Positions 14,165 through 24,566 of a stretch of 64,000 bases of DNA are shown here, piece by piece. A program made the translations under genes and the position numbers. The DNA comes from an uncultured Veillonellaceae bacterium (GTDB lineage: Bacteria; Bacillota; Negativicutes; JARBTT01). The first letter of the stretch is position 1; each line of letters opens with the position of its first letter. Location of the stretch: contig CAWDTA010000005.1 of NCBI GenBank assembly GCA_963805085.1, forward strand, positions 256,001 to 320,000, given 5' to 3'. The notes under the pieces are model-generated. The model worked only from the letters and a program-made list of their open reading frames with translations, did no database searches and was not told the DNA's origin.

Positions 14165-16283
14165 TTATTCTGATTTTGATCGGTTAAATTTTTTAACGAG
14201 TGCATAGAGACAACCCAGAGTAATGAGTGAGCACCCTAGCCATACAAGAGGTTTAAAACTAATTTCTATATCAATGCTTGGCTGTTTATCTGGTTCTATT
14301 TTTGTAAGCTCTAGACGTGCCTAACACCAATAAGAGAGAGGTTATAAGTATTATTTAGTATTTTTACAGGAATGGACTTAAATTGACCGTTACCGTTGAT
14401 CATTTCAAGCAAGACGGTTTCTGTCATTTGATCATTTTTTACTTCAAGTGATACTTTTACTTTTATGTTCTCCATATTCGCATTATTTCGATCCATAACG
14501 ATATCGGTTAGATTAAGCGTGAGACTATCTTCTGTAACGTAGTGCCCTTGTTTTACTGTCATTGTGCTACTTTCTTGTTCATGTTTGTGTGCTGGAGCAA
14601 AATAGAAATCGCCAGTAAAAGCTTTGTATATAGCAGGTTCTCTGGCAGCATCATCGCCAGTTGCGCTTAGCTTGGTTAGTGCTTTTAAGGTCGTATTTTC
14701 ATTGATAAGTTCAAATAATTGATGCTTTTCACGTGTTTCTATTGAAATGGTTTCACCGAGATATTTTACGTCGTAGCCAAAGATTGATTTTGTTTCGTTA
14801 TTTTCAAAGCTAACGGATTTTGTTTGGTTGCCAGCGGAAGAAAAAATAATACCAGCAAACATGATCCCAAACCCAACATGTGCAATTGCCGCAGGACAAG
14901 CGAGCCATTTATAATAGAGAATGTTAGTAAGTATCGCTGTGAAAGCGAAGATGACAGCAATGATACAAAGTGGATTATAGATTTGATAGAGTATACAAAT
15001 AACAATGGCTACTATTGTAGGAATGACAAGATACCAATATTTACGTAAAGTAAAATTTTCTGATTGTAACCATTTTAGCACTGGACTTAATGTAACTAGC
15101 GCTAAGATGATGATGGTCAGTGGTAAAGAAGAAGTATTATAAAAATCAATATTTACATTTTGCGGACTACCTAAGAATTTACTGATGAGTGGTGTTGACA
15201 TGCCAATGAGAATCAGACTCGCAAGTGCCATAAAAGCGATTACTCCAGCTGTGATGATAAATTCACGACTATGAAATTTATTATAAATAGGAGCACTGTA
15301 GATGGAGGGCCATTTGATCGACAAGATCAATGAGGCTACAACTGTCACAAGGATGAAGAGAGTTGCCATAGTACCAGCGGTACCGTCTTCACTAAAAGAG
15401 TGTACAGAAAAATCACTAAGTACACCACTTCGTGTTAAGAAATTGCCGTAGAGCACGAGCAGAAAGCTGAAAATTGACATAAAGTAAGTAAGTTTAAAGG
15501 CCCCAGGTTTTACTCTAGCTGTGATGAATAAATGAACCAGAGCGCAGCTTGTAAGCCAAGGAACGAGCGAAGAGTTTTCTACAGGGTCCCAGCCCCAATA
15601 ACCGTCCCAACCTAGCGTTTTATATGCCCAGTATCCACCGATGAAGATACCAGCACCTAAAAAACTCCAAGAGCAAAGGGTCCATGGTAATGCTTTCGCC
15701 ATCCATTCTTTATGATTGCCAGTAAAGCATAAGCAAAAGGAATAGCAAGTGTTGCATAACCGATAAAAATAATTGATGGATGAATCACCATCCAAGGATC
15801 TTGTAACAGTGGATTTAAGCCCATACCATTTGCTACATGGCCAGCTTGCAACATAAATGGGTTTTTTAACATTAATAATATAGCGAGTACGGCCTGAATT
15901 ACAACGTAAGCGATAAAAGCAGGCGGTGCCATTTTTTTTGTGCGTTCAAAGTAAAGGCCAATTAAAGCATGAATTAAGATCCAAAGTAAAAATGAACCTT
16001 CTTGTCCAGCCCAAAAAGCTGCTACTTTATAAGCGAGTGGTAGTTCTTTGGAAGAAAAACTCCAAACATACGTATATTGAAATTGGTCGGTTAGAATGAC
16101 ATACATGAAGAAAATGCTGGCAAATATAATGAAAATACCAGACAATTGATAGCAAAATGATCCTAAGTTGAATTTTGAGGTAGAAACTTTTTTGGATTGC
16201 TCCTTGGAATAATGACTGATAAAAGAAAAAGCAGCGATAATCACTGTAATTAAAGCTAAAAATAAACTAATGACACCGATCAT
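14165..16283 (-). pseudogene. ccmF: cytochrome c biogenesis heme lyase CcmF, disrupted
   Basis: AFWAGQEGS, GLNPLLQDPWMVIHP, GYWGWDPVENSSL (WWD), FLTRSG...SVHSF. Frameshifts near 15720 and 14325; the C-terminus (ISFKPLVWLGCSLITLG) is in a third segment ending at 14165. Confidence 0.88.
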
Positions 16284-16657
16284 GATTTAGGTTCTCCTTT
16301 GCGTTCATACTTAGATGGACATTTCACCAATAATTTTTCAGCGATAAATTTATCATTGTTATATTTGCCAACAGCAACGATGCTTTCGGCGTGTTCGAAG
16401 TTATCAGGTTTACTCCCTTTATATGTAACCAGTACCTTTTCGCCGCTGTCATCACGAAGAAAGAAGTTTAACTGTTTATTATCATAAGTAATAGAGTTAT
16501 CATCTTTGAGTAAAGTACCTTTGATTTGCACGGTACTATTTAAAGATTTTGCTTCTGCGAAACCCACATAAGGATTGAGTGAACTGGAAAATTGGGACAA
16601 GCAGTAGGCTCCAAATAAAACAATCGCAATTGCGATCATAAAATGACGTTTTCTCAT
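16280..16657 (-). CDS. ccmE: heme chaperone CcmE (CxxxY type)
   Basis: N-terminal TM, YKGSKPDNF, LLVKCPSKYE. Confidence 0.9.
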   Translation of the reverse strand: MRKRHFMIAIAIVLFGAYCLSQFSSSLNPYVGFAEAKSLNSTVQIKGTLLKDDNSITYDNKQLNFFLRDDSGEKVLVTYKGSKPDNFEHAESIVAVGKYNNDKFIAEKLLVKCPSKYERKGEPKS

Positions 16658-17301
16658 GAGAGTTCACTACTTTCTTTTAAAAAGTCTTGCTGTTTCTTTT
16701 TATGAAGTAAGATGCGTAAAAATATCAAAGTACAGTTGAGTAAAGCAGCAACCAACACATATACCATAATATTGTCCATATCAATTTTGCCAGAACTATT
16801 AAGAACTGGCTCTGGGTGAAGGGTAAAATAGTAACGTGGAATGATAAATACTAAAAAGGGAACGGTAATACACGAGAGTAGGGAGTATACAGCAGACAAT
16901 TTTGCCCGTGTTTCTTCATCTTCAATCGCACTACGTAAAGTTGTATAAGCTCCATAGATCAGTAATAATATAAAAATAGTGATTTGACGTGGATCCCAGT
17001 TCCAATAGGCTCCCCAAGTTAATTTAGCAAAAATAGCACCACTGATCGTTGCCAGTAAACAAAATGCTAAACCTAGATAAGCAGAACGAGCGCACAAGTA
17101 ATCATATTTTAAATTTTTTGTTTTGAGGTAGCGAAATGCATACCAAGCTGATAGTAAAAACGCGAGAACAGAAACCCATGCGACAGGAATATGAAAAAAT
17201 GCAATGCGAACTAAACTGCCTAAGCCCTCGGTCGGTGGAACTAAATAAAAAATGGCCCATAGTACGCTAAATGTAAATAATGTTAATAAATAATTTAACA
17301 T
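16654..17301 (-). CDS. ccmC: heme exporter CcmC
   Basis: FFHIPVAW, TWGAYWNWDPR, TLHP. Confidence 0.92.
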   Translation of the reverse strand: MLNYLLTLFTFSVLWAIFYLVPPTEGLGSLVRIAFFHIPVAWVSVLAFLLSAWYAFRYLKTKNLKYDYLCARSAYLGLAFCLLATISGAIFAKLTWGAYWNWDPRQITIFILLLIYGAYTTLRSAIEDEETRAKLSAVYSLLSCITVPFLVFIIPRYYFTLHPEPVLNSSGKIDMDNIMVYVLVAALLNCTLIFLRILLHKKKQQDFLKESSELS

Positions 17302-17313
17302 GAATGTATCTCC

Positions 17314-17991
17314 TTACTCATACCAAATATAATCGAACAATATAGACGAAACGCCGATTAGAATCATATCGTAAGCACCGATAAAAAACAATTGGTTACC
17401 GCCAGTAAAAACACTATTTTCAATCGCCAATTCCGTTAATTGAATAACAATTAAAAATAAAGGTAATAAAATAGGAAATGTTAATACGGTAAAAAGCGAA
17501 CCTTTACTTTGTGTATTTACTACTAGTGCTGCGGTAAGTGTAGAAATTGTTGCCATACCAGTATTGCCAAGGATTAAAATGATGATGAGGTAACCTAAAG
17601 AAGTGATATCAACATTTAATAAGATAACAAATAGAGGTAATAAACAGATAGCTAAACTATTTAGTAGTAAAATATTGTAGATCAGTTTACCAAATAAAAT
17701 AATTTGCGGATGGCCATAAATTTTTAATGTATGGATTGTACCAGTTTCATGTTCTTGAATAAAAACGCGAGACATCCCAGCCATTGCTGAAAAAAATAAA
17801 ATGATCCATAAAAGTATCGCAAGGAGCTTAGTTGATAAATTCATACTACCAATCGCCATACTAACACTTGCCAATGTTGTTAGAGAAAACATCGCTAGCG
17901 TGCCGATGGAGTAACGCGTGCGAAACTCAGTTCTTACTTCTTTTTTTAGCACGAGACTAATTTTTTGTAAGGTTGAATAAATTTCCTGCAT
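17314..17991 (-). CDS. ccmB: heme exporter CcmB
   Basis: KKEVRTEFRTR, EHETGT, VLTFPILLP; lies between ccmA and ccmC. Confidence 0.88.
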   Translation of the reverse strand: MQEIYSTLQKISLVLKKEVRTEFRTRYSIGTLAMFSLTTLASVSMAIGSMNLSTKLLAILLWIILFFSAMAGMSRVFIQEHETGTIHTLKIYGHPQIILFGKLIYNILLLNSLAICLLPLFVILLNVDITSLGYLIIILILGNTGMATISTLTAALVVNTQSKGSLFTVLTFPILLPLFLIVIQLTELAIENSVFTGGNQLFFIGAYDMILIGVSSILFDYIWYE

Positions 17992-18583
17992 AACTTACCT
18001 CCAAGGGATCATTTGTTGCAATGATGATTGTTTTCTTTCTGGTTAGACCTTCCGTAATACATCTACCAACAAGATCACGACCTTCTTCATCAAGATTAGA
18101 GGACGGTTCATCAAGTAACCATACAGGTTGGTCTGATGCAAGTAAAACTGCAAGCTTCAGTCGTTGCTTCATACCAGTTGAAAAGGTTTTTACTAAACTT
18201 TCTTTTTCATCAGCGAGACCTACCGAGTTTAAAACTTCAGGAAATAGATCAGTGGCGTGTTCGTGATTCACGATGCCAGTAAAGAATTGAACATTTTCAC
18301 GAGCCGTTAAATTCTCATACATACACATTTCTGGTGACACCATCCCGATGTAAGTTCGGTAATCATTCATAGAAATTGGCATATGTTCTTTTAATGGGAC
18401 AATTTTACCTGTCGTTGGGTTTAAGATACCAGCAATGATTTTTAGCAAAGTAGATTTCCCCGAGCCATTATTACCAGTAATACAAGTGCAATTACCAGAT
18501 ACTATTGTGCCAGTTAAATTTTGATAAAGGGTTTTATTTCCATAACGTTTGTTTATATCAAACAATCCGATTTCAATGCTCAT
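17957..18583 (-). CDS. ccmA: heme exporter ABC ATPase CcmA
   Basis: GNNGSGKST, FSTGMKQRL, WLLDEP; operon context; RBS ggaggtg. Confidence 0.85.
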   Translation of the reverse strand: MSIEIGLFDINKRYGNKTLYQNLTGTIVSGNCTCITGNNGSGKSTLLKIIAGILNPTTGKIVPLKEHMPISMNDYRTYIGMVSPEMCMYENLTARENVQFFTGIVNHEHATDLFPEVLNSVGLADEKESLVKTFSTGMKQRLKLAVLLASDQPVWLLDEPSSNLDEEGRDLVGRCITEGLTRKKTIIIATNDPLEVSYAGNLFNLTKN

Positions 18584-18733
18584 TTTTTCACCTCCCAATA
18601 AATCCAGATAAGACCATTCCTTAAAAAAGATATGGTCTTATCTGGATACCTACTACTTAATCAAAAACAACGAATGATATGAAGCAAGCGCCATGATCAA
18701 TATTCTGTCATTGGTAATCAGCATGATATGAAT

Positions 18734-18955
18734 TTATTTTTCCGTTGCTGCTTTTTGAATTGTTTCCGTAGTAGGAGTTGTTGTAGATTCTGCTACAACT
18801 TCTTTTGATTCTGGATTTGGTTCATTGATTGCATTGCGCAATTCTCCAATGCTTCTACCAAGGAATTTACCAACCTCAGGTAATTTACCGGGACCAAAAA
18901 CTACAAGACCAATGACCGCGATAAGAGTAATTTCAGGCACACCTAAGCCGAACAT
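18734..18955 (-). CDS. tatA: twin-arginine translocase TatA/E
   Basis: MFGLGVPE...VVFGPGKLPEVGKFLGRSIGE. Confidence 0.9.
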   Translation of the reverse strand: MFGLGVPEITLIAVIGLVVFGPGKLPEVGKFLGRSIGELRNAINEPNPESKEVVAESTTTPTTETIQKAATEK

Positions 18956-19086
18956 GACATACGCACTTCCTTTTCAAAAATAATTATATGACATAATTAT
19001 TCAAAATTTTAAATTAGTTATGATAATCATATGAGTAAACATGTTGATTTTTGTAGAAATAATCAAATGGAATATTTCTACAAAAT

Positions 19087-19608
19087 TTATTTTTCCCAGT
19101 TAGAAGGTAGTTTTTTCATCCATTCGAATTCATGACATTGCGAGCAAGTCGTTTTTGATTTTCTATGCATACTATGACAATCCGAACATACCAAATCGCC
19201 CATATGAGAATCATGAGGATTTTGTTCTCCAAATTGAGTTTTTGCTTTGATTTTCTAAATATCATGGCATTTTAAGCAAGTTGCATTATCCAATTTGTGT
19301 TTTCCCATAGGATCATCAAAATCGTCTGTTACATAAGCAATCCCTTCACTTATTTTTTCTGAAATTGTTTTGTTATGACAGTCAATACATTTAATATTTG
19401 CTTTATTGTGGTCATGTGCCAATAAGTCACTGCCTAGATAACCATCTACGTATGGTTGAATATTATGACAGCTTCCACAAAATGCAGGATTGGCACTTGC
19501 TTGTTTCATTGCAAAGGAGCCAATACCAATTAATACAACTAAAGCAACTGCTACAACCAAAGGTCTACGTTTTATAAAGTCTAGTGTTGTTAATAAAAAA
19601 CTTTTCAT
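19087..19608 (-). pseudogene. membrane-anchored pentaheme c-type cytochrome (NapC/NirT/c3-like) with in-frame amber stop
   Basis: CGSCH, CIDCH, CLKCH, then TAG at 19255-19257; the same frame continues KIKAKTQFGEQNPHDSHMGDLVCSDCHSMHRKSKTTCSQCHEFEW to TAA at 19087. Confidence 0.85.
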
Positions 19609-19762
19609 GTGTTAATCTTCCTTTCTTATAGATTTTGTTTGCAGAATGATAGCCCAGAATATTCACTCTGCCTAATTATTTTATAATTAATTGTATTTAT
19701 TTGCTTTAGTGATATATACAATAATTCGACAAATTAAAATATTTTAGATGGAGGTAAAATAA

Positions 19763-20400
19763 ATGGAAAAAAACTTTGATACGCAAAAAAGTGGAATTTC
19801 TCGCAGAGGTTTTTTGAAAAATAGCGCGTTAACTGTTGCTGGGGTTGTAAGTTCTAGCCTTTTATTAACGGCTTGTGGTCAGGGGAGAAAAAAAGGCAAA
19901 GAAGAAGCAAGTGATGGTAAAAAAGCAGCGACTAATCAGGAACCAAGTTTCCTGAAAGCACCAGCGCCAATCAAAGATAGTGATATCAAAGAAACAGTAG
20001 AAGCTGATGTCGTTGTTCTCGGTGCAGGTATGGCTGGTCTTTGCGCAGCTATTTCAGCAGCACAGGAAGGCGCAAAGGTTACGTTGATTGAGAAGACACA
20101 AAGTGTAAATTTCCGTAGTTATGACTATGGTGCAATTAACTCAAAAGTACAAAAAGAAGTTGGCATTCAAATCAATCCGTTGGATGTAACACGCGAAATC
20201 ATGAAATTTTCTAGCTATAAAGCAGATCAGGAGGTTGTTGCACAATTTACCAATAATAGCGGACAAGTAAATGACTGGCTACTTGATTTAGCATTAAAAG
20301 CTGGGTGTAAAATTAAACATATTCATACAAAAGAAGAATTGGTTGCGCCAGTATCTACGTTGCCAACTTTTCCAAGCTTGACATTTGTATTGGAGCCGCC
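19763..20400 (+). pseudogene. Tat-exported lipoprotein FAD oxidoreductase (flavocytochrome c / fumarate-reductase-like), 3'-truncated
   Basis: SRRGFLK Tat motif, LLTAC lipobox, DVVVLGAGMAGL FAD motif; homologous sequence stops after about 213 aa at an IS fragment. Confidence 0.8.
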
Positions 20401-20509
20401 AGATAAGTATGCTTGGACAACTTTTTGCTTAAGTTCAAAACTATATTTTGCCATGAAAAAACAGACCTCCATAAGTTAGATTTAGGTCTAACTTATGGGG
20501 GTCTGTTCA
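20396..20509 (-). mobile_element. IS3-family (IS150-like) left-end remnant
   Basis: Minus strand TGAACAGACCCCCATAAGTTAGACC...TCTAACTTATGGAGGTC, then ATG at 20454 reading MAKYSFELKQKVVQAYLSGG, a typical OrfA N-terminus. Confidence 0.8.
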
Positions 20510-20514
20510 ATTTG

Positions 20515-21444
20515 TCAGACCTTTTTTGCTTCAATGAAGAGTACTTTGATAAATTTTTTGATGTTGATATGAGCTTGAGACATGCTTGGTTTTTCTTCAT
20601 TTTCTAAAAGTAGCATGACTTTCCTTACTTCAGCAAAATCAAAAAATTTGCCAGCATGGTCTTCAAATTTTGGATTGGCATAATCTATGATCCCAATAGA
20701 GGCAAGGTTAATCAAAGCTTGAAATACAGTTCTGCGGAGCCGTTGTTCAATAGCTTTACATTCTTTTTGGATTGTTAGTTGATCATGCTCAGAACCGAAC
20801 TTTTGTATGGCGATATTTTGAAATATATCTTTTAAGGAAGGAAAGTCATCACCATTATGATGACTTTTTTCATGTTGTTGTAAATAATTAAGAATGTTTA
20901 ACAAATCCTTTGAGCCTTTTTCTCCGGCAATACCAAGTTCGCTTAGGAGAACCTCACCCGTTGCGATTAGTTTATGCCTGACGATAATTTCCGGGGAAAT
21001 TATTTTGGTTGGTTGCTTTTGTTCAGGGCGCAAAGCTATATTTAAGCTGTTTTCAATATTACGCACGAGTTTGCGCAAATTCATATGTTCGGTAGCATTT
21101 TTAATCACGCTTACGACTTCATTGCGGTTGATTGGTTTAGTAATATAATGATCCACACCTAAATTGTAAGCTTTACCAACCATTTCTTTGTTTTCAACTT
21201 GTGATATCATAATGATTTTTCCGCGAAAATCATCTTTAATTGCTTTTACAGTTTGGATGCCATCGCGAATTGGCATCAACATATCTATTAATAAAATATC
21301 GACATTTTTTACTTCGAGCAATTGACCGCTGATACTAGCACCACTGTCGGCTTCGCCAACGACTTTACCTAAATCATAATCCTCGATAATTTCTGTAAGC
21401 ATAGAACGAATCACTTCATCATCATCAATTAAAAAGAAACGCAT
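20515..21444 (-). CDS. glnL: response regulator, GlnL/YcbB family
   Basis: Receiver (LIDDD, LIDMLMP) plus YcbB C-terminus (LGIAGEKGSKD, KAIEQRLRR, ASIGIIDYANPKFE). Confidence 0.85.
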   Translation of the reverse strand: MRFFLIDDDEVIRSMLTEIIEDYDLGKVVGEADSGASISGQLLEVKNVDILLIDMLMPIRDGIQTVKAIKDDFRGKIIMISQVENKEMVGKAYNLGVDHYITKPINRNEVVSVIKNATEHMNLRKLVRNIENSLNIALRPEQKQPTKIISPEIIVRHKLIATGEVLLSELGIAGEKGSKDLLNILNYLQQHEKSHHNGDDFPSLKDIFQNIAIQKFGSEHDQLTIQKECKAIEQRLRRTVFQALINLASIGIIDYANPKFEDHAGKFFDFAEVRKVMLLLENEEKPSMSQAHINIKKFIKVLFIEAKKV

Positions 21445-21450
21445 ATATTC

Positions 21451-22740
21451 TCACCCTTCCAAATTCTTCAATGGTAAGGTCAAATGAAAAATTGTCTTAT
21501 TTGACCTGTTATTATCTACCCAAATAGTACCCTCTAATTCTTCGGTCAAATGTTTTACATAAGGCAGACCAACACCAGTAGAAGGATTACCTTTGGCATC
21601 AAATTTAGTTGTATAACCAGGTTTAAAGAGTAAATCAACTTTGTTTGCGAGAATGCCAACCCCGTTGTCACAAACTTCTATTTCGATAAGACCATCATTT
21701 TGGGTGAAGGTGATGTCGATGTTGCCAATGCGTTTAATCGCTTCAACAGCATTCGCAACCAGGTTGTTGACGATTGACAGTATTGTATACACGTGTAAGT
21801 TCTGTAAAGCTGGATCGACAGTAATTGAGAAAGTGATTTCCTTGCCCAGAGAGCATGCGTACTTTCGGTTCGATTGTACAATAATATCACCGAGTTCAGT
21901 GGCAGGCATATAATCATTTAATTTTCTGTTATTGGTTAACTGACTAAGACCTGCATAAATACGTTGATTATCTTTTTTGATTTCGTGCACTTGCCCAGCA
22001 ATACAGAGGAGCTCTTGTGATAGTTTGTCCCTGTCAATTTCATAGGTTATCTTTTGGAGTTCTTCATAAAGTTGGTAGCAATTTCTTGTAACAGTTTCTG
22101 CATTTTTCTGCGATTTATTTAATTGAACAACTTCTTCATAGAGTCCAGAAATAAGCAAAATCATTCGTTTATTTTGTTTTCGTTCTTGAATTGTTGTTGT
22201 CTCTGCTTGATGCAATAGGACCAAGAAAAAGAAACTAAGGATAAAGAAACAACGAATAATAGCGATAATAATAATTTTCATTAAGACATTAAAGGTGATG
22301 TCCATTTCAGTACTGGAACAAATATTAGTTAGTGAAAGTTCGACGATGCTGGCGGCAAATTCAGCGAGGATAGACCACCCGGCAATTTGTAACGATTTGC
22401 TGCAAAGCGTATCGACTTTTGGTAGATGAAAACAAGTCGCATAGGTTAAGTAGTAGAAAAAGGTTGGCCCGCGGAGTAAAATGCTAGAGCTAAAGGATAG
22501 ATCGTTTGTTAGTAAGTCTAAACCGATACGAAATAACATTACAGATAGTCCAACGCAAAAACCAGAAAATACAAATGAAGTATTGCGGATCCAAAGTAAG
22601 AACAATAAGAAAATCGGGGAGCCAAAACTAACACGAAAAGAGCTGAGGTCGCCACTAAACGGATGAATTTTTGGTTCACCAGCAAGGGGAACTAAAATTA
22701 GCATCAGGAGAAAGATATAGAGATTCTGATGTTGTTTCAT
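21451..22740 (-). CDS. glnK: sensor histidine kinase, GlnK/YcbA family
   Basis: FRVSFGSPIF TM domain, HEIKKDNQRIYAGL H-box, NNLVANAVEA, FKPGYTTKFD. Confidence 0.85.
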   Translation of the reverse strand: MKQHQNLYIFLLMLILVPLAGEPKIHPFSGDLSSFRVSFGSPIFLLFLLWIRNTSFVFSGFCVGLSVMLFRIGLDLLTNDLSFSSSILLRGPTFFYYLTYATCFHLPKVDTLCSKSLQIAGWSILAEFAASIVELSLTNICSSTEMDITFNVLMKIIIIAIIRCFFILSFFFLVLLHQAETTTIQERKQNKRMILLISGLYEEVVQLNKSQKNAETVTRNCYQLYEELQKITYEIDRDKLSQELLCIAGQVHEIKKDNQRIYAGLSQLTNNRKLNDYMPATELGDIIVQSNRKYACSLGKEITFSITVDPALQNLHVYTILSIVNNLVANAVEAIKRIGNIDITFTQNDGLIEIEVCDNGVGILANKVDLLFKPGYTTKFDAKGNPSTGVGLPYVKHLTEELEGTIWVDNNRSNKTIFHLTLPLKNLEG

Positions 22741-22930
22741 AGAGATCCTTCCTATAGAAAAGTATTTCACAGTGTATTTGTATAATGTATACAATGATTA
22801 ATTTAAATTATACCATGTATTTTGAATATTGCCAAAACTATTTTTATCTATGTATAAATACTTGCTATACAATACAAAAAAGTAATACTAAAATAAAAAA
22901 TAAAAATAGTCAGAAAATTATTAATTAGGA

Positions 22931-22946
22931 TTTTGTCGGATTTTGT
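22931..22946 (+). promoter_or_regulatory. putative GlnL-type binding direct repeat
   Basis: TTTTGT-cgga-TTTTGT just upstream of a -10-like TACACT (22958) ahead of the DASS gene; matches my recollection of the B. subtilis GlnL site TTTTGT-N4-TTTTGT. Confidence 0.65.
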
Positions 22947-23016
22947 AGTTGGATTAGTACACTTAATTTGTAATCACGCAGAATTTATTTTAAGTATTTT
23001 TTAGGAGGAAAACACC

Positions 23017-24420
23017 GTGAATAGCAAATTAGGAAAAGGCTTATTATGTGTATTAGTCGGAATTATTATTTGGTTTTGTCCAATCCCTGCAGGTGTTAAA
23101 CCTGTGGCATGGCATTTACTTGCAGTATTTGCAACAACAATTGTAGCATTTATTTTGCAACCATTATCTATTGGCGCGGTAGCGTTGATTGCCTGTACCA
23201 TGCTTGTGTTTTTAGGCGTATTAAAACCAGAAGAAGCATTGGCTGGTTTTAGCAACGGAACAATTTGGTTGATCGTTTCGGCATTTATGTTTGCTGAAGG
23301 GTTCATTAAAACTGGATTAGGAAAACGAATTGCTTATGTTTTACTAAGCAAATTTGGTGGCAGTACGTTAAGTGTTGCGTATGTACTTTCAGCGACTGAC
23401 TTTATCGTTGCTCCGTTTACCCCATCAAATACAGCACGTGGTGGTGGGATTGTTTATCCGATCGTTAGAAGTATTTGTTCGGCAATTGGTTCAGAACCAG
23501 GATCATCAAGAGAACGTACGGGGGCATTTTTAATTTTCAGTTCTTATTGTGCGGTTATTACATCTGCTTGCATTTTCTTAACTGGTGCTTCCAATAACGC
23601 GGTTGTTGTTACATTAACAAAAGATATGTTTGGTGTTGAACTTAGTTGGATGTCTTGGTTTATGGCCTGTATCGTACCGGGGATTATTCTTTCTATCGGT
23701 ACACCTTGGTTGCTTTATAAATTAATTAATCCTGAATTAAAAGAAACTCCAGAAACAAAAGAAATGGCGAATAGAGAATTGGCTGCTATGGGCTCAATGA
23801 GCTGTGCAGAAAAAATATTAAGTGTTATTTTTACCGGTGCTCTCATTATGTGGGCTACAGGGAATATTCATCATATTGATTCAGCATTTGTCGCTTTACT
23901 TGGACTTTCGGCAATGCTTATTACTAGAATCCTTGATTGGGAAGATGTTCTAAACCAAAAAGGTGCTTGGGATGTATTGGTATGGATGGGCGTTTTAGTA
24001 AATATGGCAGCTCTTTTATCAAAATTTGAATTGATGAGTTGGTTTGCTAACCTTATTGGTGCTCAGATGGCTGGTACGTCATGGATTGTAATGTTAATTG
24101 TATTATCGGTAGTATATACGTATGTACATTATGGATTAGCTAGTAACACAGCACACGTTATGGCTTTATTTGCAGCATTTGCTTCTATCTTAGTTGCAGC
24201 TGGAGCGCCTCCGCTAGGTGTAGCTATTGTGTACGGTGCACTTGCAAATAGCTGTTCGTTGTTAACACATTATGGTTGTGGTGTAACCCCAATTTTCTTT
24301 GGGGCAAACTATATGGCACAAGGCGAATGGTGGAAAATAGGTTTTATTATGACAACGGTTCATGTTATTGTATGGATGGTAATCGGTCTTCCTTGGATGA
24401 GCGTTCTTGGTTTCTTCTAA
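23017..24420 (+). CDS. DASS-family dicarboxylate/anion permease (CitT/TtdT-like)
   Basis: KTGLGKRIA, TPSNTARGGG, ASNTAH, LTHYG..VTPIFFG, WWKIG. Confidence 0.9.
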   Translation: MNSKLGKGLLCVLVGIIIWFCPIPAGVKPVAWHLLAVFATTIVAFILQPLSIGAVALIACTMLVFLGVLKPEEALAGFSNGTIWLIVSAFMFAEGFIKTGLGKRIAYVLLSKFGGSTLSVAYVLSATDFIVAPFTPSNTARGGGIVYPIVRSICSAIGSEPGSSRERTGAFLIFSSYCAVITSACIFLTGASNNAVVVTLTKDMFGVELSWMSWFMACIVPGIILSIGTPWLLYKLINPELKETPETKEMANRELAAMGSMSCAEKILSVIFTGALIMWATGNIHHIDSAFVALLGLSAMLITRILDWEDVLNQKGAWDVLVWMGVLVNMAALLSKFELMSWFANLIGAQMAGTSWIVMLIVLSVVYTYVHYGLASNTAHVMALFAAFASILVAAGAPPLGVAIVYGALANSCSLLTHYGCGVTPIFFGANYMAQGEWWKIGFIMTTVHVIVWMVIGLPWMSVLGFF

Positions 24421-24566
24421 GTAGTTTATTTGAGTGTAGTAAATTTTTAGTTTATTTGCTATAATAGTAAATTGCAAACTGGTAAAAAAGGTATTTAATA
24501 GAAATAGCTATGCTATTTTTATTTGAAATACAGGTATTACAATTAAATATTGGGAGGCGAATTATT

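Noticed and set aside
20413-20607. 64-aa + strand ORF and the last 25 codons of the flavoprotein ORF
   Set aside because: Read-through into the antisense strand of the IS3 remnant and glnL.
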